A stretch of DNA of 30,948 nt from Candidatus Zixiibacteriota bacterium (GTDB taxonomy: Bacteria > Zixibacteria > MSB-5A5 > UBA10806 > 4484-95): positions 57,767 to 88,714 of the forward strand of contig JAOZPT010000005.1 in assembly GCA_029932605.1 (NCBI GenBank), written 5' to 3'. Numbering within the stretch: the first letter of the stretch is position 1; each line of letters starts with the position of its first letter. Made by a program: the position numbers and the translations under genes. Positions 1 through 9,031 of the stretch are shown here, in pieces. The notes under the pieces are model-generated. The model ran no database searches, was not told the DNA's origin, and saw nothing but the letters and a program-made list of their open reading frames with translations.

Positions 1-6
1 GTTTTA

Positions 7-189
7 TTATTCAACATCCGTTCCGGGTATGCATGCCTCAACCGGACAAACCTCGGCACAGTTACCGCAATCGTTGCAAAGTTCCGGATTGATTATATAT
101 TTTGGGTCGCCCGGTGTGATAGCGTTTTCAGGACATTCAGGTAAACAGTTGTCGCAGAGGATACATTCATCGTTTATGTAGTAAGCCAT
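7..189 (-). CDS. 2x[4Fe-4S] ferredoxin (60 aa, complete; stop TAA at 7-9)
   Basis: Two CxxCxxCxxxCP motifs (CILCDNCLPECP and CNDCGNCAEVCP) in a 60-aa protein. This is the classic clostridial-type ferredoxin. Confidence 0.85.
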   Translation of the reverse strand: MAYYINDECILCDNCLPECPENAITPGDPKYIINPELCNDCGNCAEVCPVEACIPGTDVE

Positions 190-463
190 TGGTTTTACTC
201 CTGTTGCCGTTTTGAAAACGTTTATACGGCGATAAATTTTGCATATATAAAATAAGGGAGAAAATTCATTGTCAAGAAAAAATAAAATAAGACTTACTCC
301 AAAAATCGGGTAAAATATTCGAAATTTAAGTTATCTTAATCAAAACTTTCCGCACGATTTTCCCTAAAACCAATGAAGATTAATTTAATCGATGGGTTTA
401 ATTTTCAAAAAGGTGGAAGTTATAGTATTTTAAAGAATTGGGTAAACTTCCATTTCTAATTGG

Positions 464-492
464 TTGACAATCAATTTTAAAATAATTATTAT
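464..492 (+). promoter_or_regulatory. sigma70-like promoter for the DUF2723 gene (TTGACA-17 nt-TATTAT)
   Basis: TTGACA at 464-469, an exact 17-nt spacer, then TATTAT at 487-492. A GGGAGG ribosome-binding site follows at 505-510 and the GTG start at 516. Confidence 0.5.
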
Positions 493-515
493 GTTAATTT
501 AATAATGGGAGGATT

Positions 516-3143
516 GTGAGTAGTCCGCAAAAAGACCAGTTTATATCTAAATTTCTTTTTTATCTCGGTGCCGTAATTTCTCTAATCGTAAGTTTTATTG
601 TGTATTTCAAAACGATGGCCCCCACTCTTTCTTTCTGGGACTGTGGTGAGTTCATTGCCAGTTCTTATATAATGGGCGTGCCACATCCACCTGGTACCCC
701 GCTCTTTATTCTCATAGGCAAATTTTTCATGTTGCTGGGAATTATGAGTACACCAGCCTTGAATACAAATTTCGTATCTGTTTTAAGCTCAGCCTTGACC
801 ACCATGGTAGCTTATGTCATAATCGTAAAATCGGTTAAATTTATCGATAAAAGCAGCCAGCAGAGTGGACCAAGGGATATTGTCTCTAAAGTAGGCGTCT
901 ATATCGGTGCATTAACCGGCAGTTTACTGCTGGCTTTTTCCTCGACCTTCTGGTTTAATGCTGTTGAGACCGAGGTCTATGGTCTGGCAATGCTTTTAAT
1001 GGTCGTATTAACTTATATGACGATTAAGTGGGGCGAAAGCAAATTAGCCGATGGCAATGACGTTCTTCTGGTAGCTATTGTATACCTTCTGTTTCTCTCG
1101 ATAAGCATCCACCTGACGGTGTTTTTAATAACCCCGGCAATCATTATATATATAGCATTAATAGACAATAAGAAACTCAACGATTGGCGGCACTGGGTGA
1201 GCTGGGGGATTTTATTCTCTTTTGCAGTTCCTATTTACTTTTTGATATTCTATATAATCCCCTCCCTTAGCGACCACCAGGTGGCGTTGTGGCTTTTACT
1301 GATGGTATTTTTTGCTGTGTTTTTCGGGTATAAGACTTTCACCCACAAGGGGAAGGCGCAACAAAGCTGGGGCTTGTATTTTGCCATAATGGTAGTTGCC
1401 ATAATCGGTTTCACACCGCACATATATTTACCGATTAGAGCGGCTCATAAACCGGCAATCAATGAAAATAATCCGGCTAACCTGCGAAGGCTTGAATACT
1501 ATCTGGGGAGGAAGCAGTATGGGGAGGAATCGATGATAGTGCGCATGTTCAAGCGCCGTGGCATGCTTAAGCACCAGTTCGGGGATTACCCGCATATGGG
1601 TTTCTGGGGATATTTCAAAGAACAGTACAGTAATGAAAAATGGGGGTTGTTGAGATACTTACCTTTTTTGTTTGGCCTTTTCGGGATGTTTATTTCGCTT
1701 AGAAGGAGTTTTAAAAATGGTTTTCTCTTAGCGGCTATTTTTTTGATAAGTTCGTTAGGTTTGATTTTGTATCTTAATTTTGCAGATGGCACAAGAGGGG
1801 AACATCTCGAGGTTCGCGACAGGGACTATTTTTTCACTCCGGCGTTTATATATTTTGCGATATTAATCGGCATTGGTTTTGGCTTTTTTCTAAGCAGGTT
1901 TTCACCATGGTTAAAAAACAAAATCCCCACCTGGGCTGCCTATTTAACCTGGGTAATTGTTGCATTGCTGGTGCTTTTAATACCGTTTGATACATTTACA
2001 TATCATTATAAAACACATGATCGCACCGGCGACTTTGCTCCTACCGATTATGCTTACAATATCCTAAGCTCATGCGAGAAAGATGCAATATTATTTACCA
2101 ACGGCGATAACGATACATTTCCCCTTTGGTATCTTCAGGAGGTCGAGAATGTCCGCAAGGATGTCAGGGTTGTTAATTTATCGCTTTTGAACACTGATTG
2201 GTATATATGCCAATTAAAAAAGCAGATGGGTGTCCCTATCGACTTAGACGATGACCAGATTATCGGTGAACCGTTTACCCGGCGGGGAACAATCACGCTA
2301 TACCGTCCCAAAAAATCTTTCTACGACCCGGTTCGAAAAATGAACCGCTATCTGGTTCCTTTCCCCGATCCTAAAACAGGCAATCCGGTACGTGTGCAGG
2401 ACCAGATGATAGAACATATAGTTTTGGCAAATAAGTGGAAGTACCCGATTTATTTCTCAACCTCCGTTCCCAGTTCCAACCGTTGGACTCTGTCAGATTA
2501 TACTGTAAGAAAGGCAATGGTTTTAAAGATTATGCCAAAGAAACCGGAAGAACCGTTTGATCCTGAGAAAACCGAAGATCTCATCTACAACGTTTATAGA
2601 TATCGCGGGGTAAATGATATCGATGTATTCAAGGATGAAAACAATGTCGGCCTAACTACAACCTATCCAGAAAGGTTTCTGGAGTTGGCTGATTATTACC
2701 TCTCCAAAGGAGACACCTCTAAAACCCACCAAATTCTTCACGACACCATCGATCGATTTCCGTTTTATTACCAGCCATATGTTGAGCTTGCAAGACTTTA
2801 CTCAGATACCGCCTATGGCGATAGCGCCAAGATTATTTACCAGCTGGGAGTAAGAAACTTCGCCAAGGCAATTCAAAGATGGCCACATATCACATTATAC
2901 TGGCAATTCTTAGGTGTTTTGCACTATACCCAGAAAAATTTTGAAGAGGCTATCAAATGCTATGAAAAAGCTATAGATCTTGATCCAAGTAATAGTATCA
3001 ATTTTAATCTCCTGCTAAGGCTTTATTCTGCCACCAAGCAAAAGGAAAAAGGGATGTCGCTTCTGAATATGTGGATGAAAGAACATCCCGAGGATATGGA
3101 AGCTCGAAACTTATATAATATCTATCGGCGTATGAACCGGTGA
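516..3143 (+). CDS. Large polytopic membrane protein of the DUF2723 (glycosyltransferase-like, PMT/ArnT-fold) family with C-terminal TPR repeats
   Basis: 875 aa with a GTG start behind a strong Shine-Dalgarno sequence. The N-terminal 'SFWDCGEF' motif is characteristic of DUF2723. There are more than 10 hydrophobic helices in the first ~500 aa. The C-terminal part is soluble with TPR-like segments (e.g. AIKCYEKAIDLDPSN). Confidence 0.7.
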   Translation: MSSPQKDQFISKFLFYLGAVISLIVSFIVYFKTMAPTLSFWDCGEFIASSYIMGVPHPPGTPLFILIGKFFMLLGIMSTPALNTNFVSVLSSALTTMVAYVIIVKSVKFIDKSSQQSGPRDIVSKVGVYIGALTGSLLLAFSSTFWFNAVETEVYGLAMLLMVVLTYMTIKWGESKLADGNDVLLVAIVYLLFLSISIHLTVFLITPAIIIYIALIDNKKLNDWRHWVSWGILFSFAVPIYFLIFYIIPSLSDHQVALWLLLMVFFAVFFGYKTFTHKGKAQQSWGLYFAIMVVAIIGFTPHIYLPIRAAHKPAINENNPANLRRLEYYLGRKQYGEESMIVRMFKRRGMLKHQFGDYPHMGFWGYFKEQYSNEKWGLLRYLPFLFGLFGMFISLRRSFKNGFLLAAIFLISSLGLILYLNFADGTRGEHLEVRDRDYFFTPAFIYFAILIGIGFGFFLSRFSPWLKNKIPTWAAYLTWVIVALLVLLIPFDTFTYHYKTHDRTGDFAPTDYAYNILSSCEKDAILFTNGDNDTFPLWYLQEVENVRKDVRVVNLSLLNTDWYICQLKKQMGVPIDLDDDQIIGEPFTRRGTITLYRPKKSFYDPVRKMNRYLVPFPDPKTGNPVRVQDQMIEHIVLANKWKYPIYFSTSVPSSNRWTLSDYTVRKAMVLKIMPKKPEEPFDPEKTEDLIYNVYRYRGVNDIDVFKDENNVGLTTTYPERFLELADYYLSKGDTSKTHQILHDTIDRFPFYYQPYVELARLYSDTAYGDSAKIIYQLGVRNFAKAIQRWPHITLYWQFLGVLHYTQKNFEEAIKCYEKAIDLDPSNSINFNLLLRLYSATKQKEKGMSLLNMWMKEHPEDMEARNLYNIYRRMNR

Positions 3144-3239
3144 TTTAGACAAGCTATTACCATTGTTAATGTAATTATCTTTTATTATTTAAAATCGCCT
3201 TCTGTAAAGTAAGCTCCCTCTTTATCATTTCTATTGTGA

Positions 3240-3626
3240 TTATAGTATATTTATCACTGCAATGATAAAAACAACGAACGATACGGAACCGACCAATCTG
3301 ATGAAATTTATAACAAACAAGGCTGTTGCCCATTTACCAATAAAGAAAATATCAAAGAACCCCAATTTCTTAATATTCGGGGGATTGGTTTTCATTCCAA
3401 ACTCACCGCCATTTTTAATCACTTCTTTAAATAGATCGTTTTGTGAATTGTCCATAAAGTATTTTCTTATATGATTGATTTTACCTCGGTAACGTTCGGT
3501 TGCCCTCCTTTCACTCTTGATTATATTAATGCAGGTATATGAAAGGAAAACGTTAAGTATTGTTATTATTAAAATACTTATCCGGAAATATTGGGGTTTA
3601 TATAATAGTTTTGACAGCCGGGTCAA
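3240..3626 (-). CDS. Hypothetical small membrane protein (TTG start; possibly shorter from an internal ATG)
   Basis: 128-aa ORF with two hydrophobic helices. It has a non-ATG start and no recognisable family, and sits in an AT-rich gap between two well-supported genes. Confidence 0.25.
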   Translation of the reverse strand: MTRLSKLLYKPQYFRISILIITILNVFLSYTCINIIKSERRATERYRGKINHIRKYFMDNSQNDLFKEVIKNGGEFGMKTNPPNIKKLGFFDIFFIGKWATALFVINFIRLVGSVSFVVFIIAVINIL

Positions 3627-3850
3627 ACCACCTGCTGCTACAACACCGATATAGGCAGAATAATATTGGAAAACTTGAAATCTCCTGTCATCAAGTTTCC
3701 TTAAATGAGCCTGGGCTGTCTCTTTCTGTATTATTTGCGTTCATGAATTAACCTTTTGCATATTTATGTCATAAATTTGAAAATAAAATAAAATTAATAT
3801 TTTTAATTCGGGAAATTTAACATATAGCAATACCGCTGTTAAATTTTTGA

Positions 3851-4714
3851 TCAACACTTATCGAATTTCATGTTATTTATCAATCCAACAAAGGATTCGA
3901 ACTCGAATTCCTGTAAAATCATCTCCAGCCTGGATTGGGTTTTACTCAGGTTCAAGTAATGCCTGAAAGCGTTTCCAAGCCCAATCCCTTTTATCCGTGG
4001 TTGGTCCGGGTCAAGTTCCCATGGGTGAAGGTATATTATCACCGGCCGGCCTTCAGCATTGACCTTTTTGAAATTGTGGCGAATGAAGAAGTTCGGATAT
4101 AGGCGGAAATAACCCCCTCCTCCGGCAGGTATTCGTTTCCCCAGAAAATTTACAACTGTTATGGGAAACTCTTTTATTACAACCCGGTCACCTTTCTTTA
4201 TGTCGAATGGTACAAGGGGGATTTGTCCGGTTTTGCCGTAACGGAAGTGTCTTACCGGAAAAAGTGAGGAGTCATATTTCAAACCAAGCTCGGCCATCAT
4301 CTCGAACTTTTCGATATCGTCAGCATCGAGCGAAAAGCTTGGCGCCCGAAAGCCATATATTTTTTGGCCTGTAATATCCTCTAATAAGTTTATAGCCCGT
4401 TTGATATCCGAGATAAATTCATCGTTCGTCATGTCATAGACAAGCCTGTGATTATAACCATGGCAGGCGATTTCATGTCCCGAATTAGCTATTTGTTTTA
4501 TCAGTTGCTTATGTCTTTTCGCTGTCCAGCCAAGGATAAAAAAGGTGGTTCTGACATTATGGCGACCGAGAATTTCAAGCACTTTTTGTGTATTCTGTTC
4601 CACCCTTGATGGATATATTTCCCAGTCATCGCGACTAACTATTGGCTCCATGCCTGTAACCTGAAAATAATCCTCTACATCAAAGCTTAGAATGTTTTTC
4701 ATCTTGGAGAACAT
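3851..4714 (-). CDS. Polysaccharide deacetylase family protein (resembles the PEP-CTERM/exosortase-locus subfamily)
   Basis: The N-terminus 'ILSFDVEDYFQV' is the hallmark of the FDVEDYF subfamily of NodB-like deacetylases found in exosortase-associated exopolysaccharide loci. It is 287 aa with His/Asp motifs, and it is the last gene of the minus-strand operon. Confidence 0.8.
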   Translation of the reverse strand: MFSKMKNILSFDVEDYFQVTGMEPIVSRDDWEIYPSRVEQNTQKVLEILGRHNVRTTFFILGWTAKRHKQLIKQIANSGHEIACHGYNHRLVYDMTNDEFISDIKRAINLLEDITGQKIYGFRAPSFSLDADDIEKFEMMAELGLKYDSSLFPVRHFRYGKTGQIPLVPFDIKKGDRVVIKEFPITVVNFLGKRIPAGGGGYFRLYPNFFIRHNFKKVNAEGRPVIIYLHPWELDPDQPRIKGIGLGNAFRHYLNLSKTQSRLEMILQEFEFESFVGLINNMKFDKC

Positions 4715-4818
4715 CGCCTATAAAACCCGATTATCCAAAATACAAAGAACTATACCCAAAATGGTAAAATGCATTTATATCAACAAAAAGTATTATCCAG
4801 GGAGTTAAACACAGCTTT

Positions 4819-5787
4819 TTATCTTATAACCATCAATGGATGCATTCTCAGATATTCAGTGGTTCTTTTTTTTTGGTCAAGGTCATTCCAGACTCTCTGC
4901 ACCTGCTCGGGATTTAAATCTGTTGTCTTTGAAACCTCATCAATTGGCACATTGTTTTCCTTGGCAAACCACAATAAGTCCATAATCTTAAATTCCAAAC
5001 CGAAAAAGAATTCCTCTTGCGTCTGTTCATCGGGGTAAGTATCGGTTGTCGGTATGCGATTCTGAATCGATTTTGGGACGCCGAGGAATTCCCCGAGCTG
5101 GAAAACCTGCGTTTTAAATAAATGGGCAATCGGTTTACAGTCAGCTCCTCCATCACCGTATTTGACGAAAAACCCCTGGTCATGTTCGTTTTTATTGCCG
5201 GTGCCTATAACGGCATAATTTAACCTTTCGGCATGATAATAAAGAGTAAGCATCCGGATACGTTGTTTCATATTCGAGGCAGCCACGATCTGCAAATACT
5301 CTTTCAAGGGGAGACGTTTTGTCATGGGTTGTCCCCCGGGAGGAGTAACCGTAAGTCTGAATATGTTAAAACGGTTTTTCTCGAGGATGTTGGTAGGTAA
5401 AACGATCTTTGCCCTCCAACCCTCTTTGTATTCGGGGAAAACCTTTCGAATAGCCTCATCGCGTAGACGATAACATCCCGCGCCCTCAAGGGCTGTTGTA
5501 ACGTCGTTAACGATGTATTCATAGCCAAAAGTCTTGGCAAGTTCTATGGCCATATCTGTCGATTCCGATGATGAATCCTTATCAGGCATTATAATTCCCA
5601 TCATCTTCTTAGGGCTAAAAGCCTTTGCGCAAAGACCGGCCACAACCGATGAGTCGATTCCTCCTGAGGTTCCGACTATTGCGCCGGCACGTTTTAACAA
5701 GATATAAACCTGGTGCTGTAAAACCTTTACCAGTTCCTCAACAACCTTCGGGCAATCGAGCTTCAAAGCATCAATAGAATATGTCAT
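4819..5787 (-). CDS. NAD+ synthetase (NadE)-family PP-loop ATP pyrophosphatase / amidating enzyme
   Basis: It has the PP-loop 'GTSGGIDSSV'. The downstream block 'RIRMLTLYY...IGTGNKNEHDQGFFVKYGDGGAD' matches the NadE core (KxRxRM...GTxxxxExxxGFFTKYGDGGAD). It is 322 aa, about 50 aa longer than a canonical NH3-dependent NadE. Its ATG overlaps the stop of the upstream acyl-CoA ligase (ATGA). Confidence 0.8.
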   Translation of the reverse strand: MTYSIDALKLDCPKVVEELVKVLQHQVYILLKRAGAIVGTSGGIDSSVVAGLCAKAFSPKKMMGIIMPDKDSSSESTDMAIELAKTFGYEYIVNDVTTALEGAGCYRLRDEAIRKVFPEYKEGWRAKIVLPTNILEKNRFNIFRLTVTPPGGQPMTKRLPLKEYLQIVAASNMKQRIRMLTLYYHAERLNYAVIGTGNKNEHDQGFFVKYGDGGADCKPIAHLFKTQVFQLGEFLGVPKSIQNRIPTTDTYPDEQTQEEFFFGLEFKIMDLLWFAKENNVPIDEVSKTTDLNPEQVQRVWNDLDQKKRTTEYLRMHPLMVIR

Positions 5788-7325
5788 GATGTCTTCGCTT
5801 TCATTTTATATTTTTCAACGAGCTCGAATCTTTTTATCTTACCAGATGAAGTTTTTGGAAGAGATTTCACTTGGATGAATTCCCTGGGAATTTTAAAAAC
5901 CGCCAGATTCAACCGAAGATGTTTCTTCAGCTCTTTGGTATCGATTTTTCCGTTTGGTACAATAAAAGCAACAAGAGACTCGCCCAGGATTTTATCCGGT
6001 ACGCCGATTACCGCCGATTCGATAATCGACGGGAATTCTGCCAGAACCTCCTCTATTTCTTTGGGGGATATACGATGGGCTCCGCTTTTTATCATATCCG
6101 AGCGTCTGCTGACTATATACAGATAGCCATCCTCATCAGTTTTGGCTAAGTCACCGGTGTGAAGGCCATCCTCCTTGAGAACCTTTTTAGTCTCCTCAGG
6201 CTGGTTCCAGTAACCAACCATGATGTTATCTCCAGAGGCGATGATTTCGCCGACCTCACCAGGTCTACACACCTTTCCTTTTTCATCCTTAACAGTAAGT
6301 TTGACTCCAGGTATGGCTTTACCGATCGAGCCAATCTTCTCCAAGAGTTTATCAGGTTCCAGATAAGACAATCTGGCTGACGCCTCGGTTTGACCATACA
6401 TGATGAATATCTTTATATGGGGCATAACCTCCATGATCTTTTGAGTCAACGCTGGTGACATAGGCCCGCCAGCCTGGGTGATGTATCGCAAATGTTCAAA
6501 ACGGTAATTGTGTATATTCGATTTGTGCATTAGAATGGCAAAGGTTGATGGTACTCCGGAAAAGCCGGTGACTCTTTCCTGGGCCATTATATCAAGTATT
6601 ATGTTCGGATAGGCGAACCTGTTATCGATAACTACACTACCACCGCAATACATATGAGTTAATAATAGCGAATTGCCATAGGAATAGAAAAACGGTAATA
6701 TAGCCATCACCCTGTCATCGGGTTTTAGGTCAAGATATTTTACTATGGATGAAGTATTGGCATAAAGGTTCTTATGGGAAAGAGATACTCCTTTGGGTGA
6801 GCCAGTTGTGCCCGATGTGTAGATTATCTGGGCGATATCATCTTCCTTGATAGCCACGGCAGGCCTTGATGGGTCACCCTTGAGCTGGGCATCTAGCAGG
6901 AAAACAACCTCGACATCCTTGGGAAAATGGCTATATGAACTCTCACTGACGACGAAGTTTAAAGATGGCAGGTCGGCGTATATTTCTTTAACGATATGAG
7001 CCATATTTTTGTTAATTATCAAACCTGAAACCTGGCAATCTCTCAAAGTATTGCGAAAATTTCTGATAGCGCTCTGAGTATTTAGCCCAACCACAATAGC
7101 ACCTGCTTTCAATATACCAAAATAAGCTATAATGTATTTGATGGATGATTCCATAAGGATACCGACCCTGTCACCAGATTTGATACCCAGATCTATGAGG
7201 GTATTGGCAAGGCGGTTGGCAGCCGCTTCCAGTTCCAGGTAACTTATTCTGCCTCCCAATTGAATAGCAGCATCCTTGTATGGAAACCTTTCAGCGTTTT
7301 CCTCAAGGAAGTGATGAACTAACAT
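5784..7325 (-). CDS. AMP-dependent synthetase/ligase (acyl-CoA / acyl-ACP ligase)
   Basis: AMP-binding motif 'IIYTSGTTGSPKGV', the 'YGQTE' motif, and the C-terminal 'SSGKIKR'. It is 513 aa and lies immediately downstream of an acyl carrier protein gene. Confidence 0.9.
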   Translation of the reverse strand: MLVHHFLEENAERFPYKDAAIQLGGRISYLELEAAANRLANTLIDLGIKSGDRVGILMESSIKYIIAYFGILKAGAIVVGLNTQSAIRNFRNTLRDCQVSGLIINKNMAHIVKEIYADLPSLNFVVSESSYSHFPKDVEVVFLLDAQLKGDPSRPAVAIKEDDIAQIIYTSGTTGSPKGVSLSHKNLYANTSSIVKYLDLKPDDRVMAILPFFYSYGNSLLLTHMYCGGSVVIDNRFAYPNIILDIMAQERVTGFSGVPSTFAILMHKSNIHNYRFEHLRYITQAGGPMSPALTQKIMEVMPHIKIFIMYGQTEASARLSYLEPDKLLEKIGSIGKAIPGVKLTVKDEKGKVCRPGEVGEIIASGDNIMVGYWNQPEETKKVLKEDGLHTGDLAKTDEDGYLYIVSRRSDMIKSGAHRISPKEIEEVLAEFPSIIESAVIGVPDKILGESLVAFIVPNGKIDTKELKKHLRLNLAVFKIPREFIQVKSLPKTSSGKIKRFELVEKYKMKAKTS

Positions 7326-7341
7326 ACGCTTCGTTCCTGCA

Positions 7342-7590
7342 CTAATGTTGCCTTTTCCTGTTTATGTAATTAACCAACTTGTTTACCGAGTCGAGGTTTT
7401 CCGGCACAAGCTCATCATCCTCAACAGTAAAGCCGTATGTCTCCTCGATAAAACTTACCAGTTCTAAGACACCGGTGGAATCTATTATCCCTTTTTCAAG
7501 TAGCGAATCGTCCTCGGTGAGCTCCTCGGGCGAACGCCCCATCATAAAGTTATCAATTATAAAATTATTTATCTGTTGGGCAATCTCCAA
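7342..7590 (-). CDS. Acyl carrier protein (phosphopantetheine-binding)
   Basis: 82-aa acidic protein with a 'GIIDSTGVLELV' motif (the DS phosphopantetheinylation serine in a helix II context). There is a 16-bp gap to the ligase gene. Confidence 0.8.
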   Translation of the reverse strand: MEIAQQINNFIIDNFMMGRSPEELTEDDSLLEKGIIDSTGVLELVSFIEETYGFTVEDDELVPENLDSVNKLVNYINRKRQH

Positions 7591-7624
7591 ACCGCCTCCG
7601 TTTAATTGTTACTATTGAATCTTA

Positions 7625-8950
7625 TCACAGCACCGGAAAGTAGTTATCGATTTCATATCCCGTAACGGCTATCCGGTACTGATCCCATTCTACTATTTTA
7701 TTATCGATCAATTTTTCAAATATATGATCGCCTAAAACGCGTTTCATCAGCCTCGATTTTTTAAATTCACTGATTGCATTCTCAAGCGAGCCTGGCAGGG
7801 TATCGATTCGTAGTCTTTTACGTTTTTTCTGGTCCATACTGAAGATGTTCGCCTCAATCGGCTCTTCAAGCTTATATCCATTTCTAACCCCCTCGTAACC
7901 AGCCGCTATCATAACGGCAAAGGCTAAGTAAGGATTACAAGCAGGGTCGGGGCTTCTAAGTTCGACACGGGTGGCTTCTTCCCGCCCGACACGGTACATC
8001 GGAACCCTCACCAGCGAGGAACGATTGCGCCTTCCCCAGGAGATATACACCGGAGCCTCATAATTCGGCACGAGCCTCTTATATGAGTTAACCCACTGGT
8101 TTGTCACCAGACACATCTCTTTAATATGTTTTAACAGACCAGCTATATAACTTTTTGCGATGTCGGAAAGATTATAGGTATCATCTTTAGAGAAAAAAGC
8201 GTTTCTACCATTTTTGAAGAGCGACTGATGAACATGCATTCCCGAACCATTTTCACCAAATATCGGTTTAGGCATAAAGGTTGCATAATATCCCTCAGCT
8301 AAGGCAATCTCCTTAACCACCAAGCGGTATATCATGGAAAAATCAGCCATCCTTAACGCATCCTGATACTTTAGGTCGATCTCCTGTTGTGATGGTGCTA
8401 CCTCGTGGTGTGAACATTCCACCTGTATACCTATAGATTCAAGTGCGGTAACCGTTTTTTTTCGCATTTTAGTGGATTCATCGACGGTGGCATAGTCGAA
8501 ATAACCACCATGGTCTATAATCTCGGGAGATTGTGAACTTTTAAAATAGAAATACTCCATCTCGGGCCCCAGATAAACGGTGTAACCATCACGGGCTATC
8601 TCGTCGAGCATCCTCTTTAAAATATACCTGGAATCACCCTCATATGGCTTTCCATCAGGAGTTTGAATATCGCAAAAAAGCAATGCCACCCTTTCGGAAT
8701 TGATATTCCAGGGGAATATTGTGAACGTATCAAGGTCGGCAATAGCGTTAAGGTCTGACTCCTCAATCCGGACAAATCCTTCAATCGAGGAGCCGTCAAA
8801 ACCCTGTCCATGGTCTAATACGGCTTCAATCTCAGAACGGGTAATGCTGATTCCTTTAAGACGGCCCAATATATCGGTAAACCACAACCGAATATATTTT
8901 ATCTCATTTTCATCAATTAACTTTAATATATCTTCTTTTGACCGAGCCAT
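7625..8950 (-). CDS. Glutamine synthetase family protein (type I-like; bona fide GlnA or a gamma-glutamyl/amide ligase paralog)
   Basis: 441 aa. It has the 'FDGSSIEGF' beta-grasp signature and a perfect match to the glutamine-synthetase ATP-binding signature, 'KPIFGENGSGMHVHQS'. It is embedded in the biosynthetic operon with 34- and 81-bp gaps. Confidence 0.85.
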   Translation of the reverse strand: MARSKEDILKLIDENEIKYIRLWFTDILGRLKGISITRSEIEAVLDHGQGFDGSSIEGFVRIEESDLNAIADLDTFTIFPWNINSERVALLFCDIQTPDGKPYEGDSRYILKRMLDEIARDGYTVYLGPEMEYFYFKSSQSPEIIDHGGYFDYATVDESTKMRKKTVTALESIGIQVECSHHEVAPSQQEIDLKYQDALRMADFSMIYRLVVKEIALAEGYYATFMPKPIFGENGSGMHVHQSLFKNGRNAFFSKDDTYNLSDIAKSYIAGLLKHIKEMCLVTNQWVNSYKRLVPNYEAPVYISWGRRNRSSLVRVPMYRVGREEATRVELRSPDPACNPYLAFAVMIAAGYEGVRNGYKLEEPIEANIFSMDQKKRKRLRIDTLPGSLENAISEFKKSRLMKRVLGDHIFEKLIDNKIVEWDQYRIAVTGYEIDNYFPVL

Positions 8951-9031
8951 AGCCTTCTCCTTATTTTATTATTAAAAACACATTTTATTACTATTTCTAT
9001 ATCAAGGTCAATAGATTTTCACCCCAATACA

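Noticed and set aside
1586-1792. Antisense and shadow ORFs inside well-supported genes (e.g. 1586..1792, 4769..5038, 4914..5183, 5322..5540, 5871..6397, 7379..7618, 8617..8975, 10119..10668, 11605..11820, 12155..13033, 13761..13991, 14304..14642, 14901..16195, 16660..17100, 17176..18245, 18622..18819, 19388..19570, 21567..21825, 22785..22997, 24366..24824, 26432..27534, 27794..28019, 29716..30024, 30083..30692)
   Set aside because: All lie inside or antisense to longer ORFs with clear family signatures. They lack ribosome-binding sites and have skewed composition (Arg/Ser/Leu-rich), typical of out-of-frame translation.
3627-3850. Possible terminator or regulatory element in the AT-rich gap after the deacetylase gene
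   Set aside because: I could find no GC-rich hairpin followed by a T-run on the minus strand. The region is simply AT-rich, so no feature was called.
4819-8950. Treating the NadE-like and GlnA-like genes simply as housekeeping nadE and glnA
   Set aside because: This is not rejected outright. However, the tight operon context (ATGA overlap, 34-81-bp gaps, same strand, flanked by sugar-modifying genes) makes a dedicated role in the polysaccharide pathway at least as likely, so both interpretations are reported.
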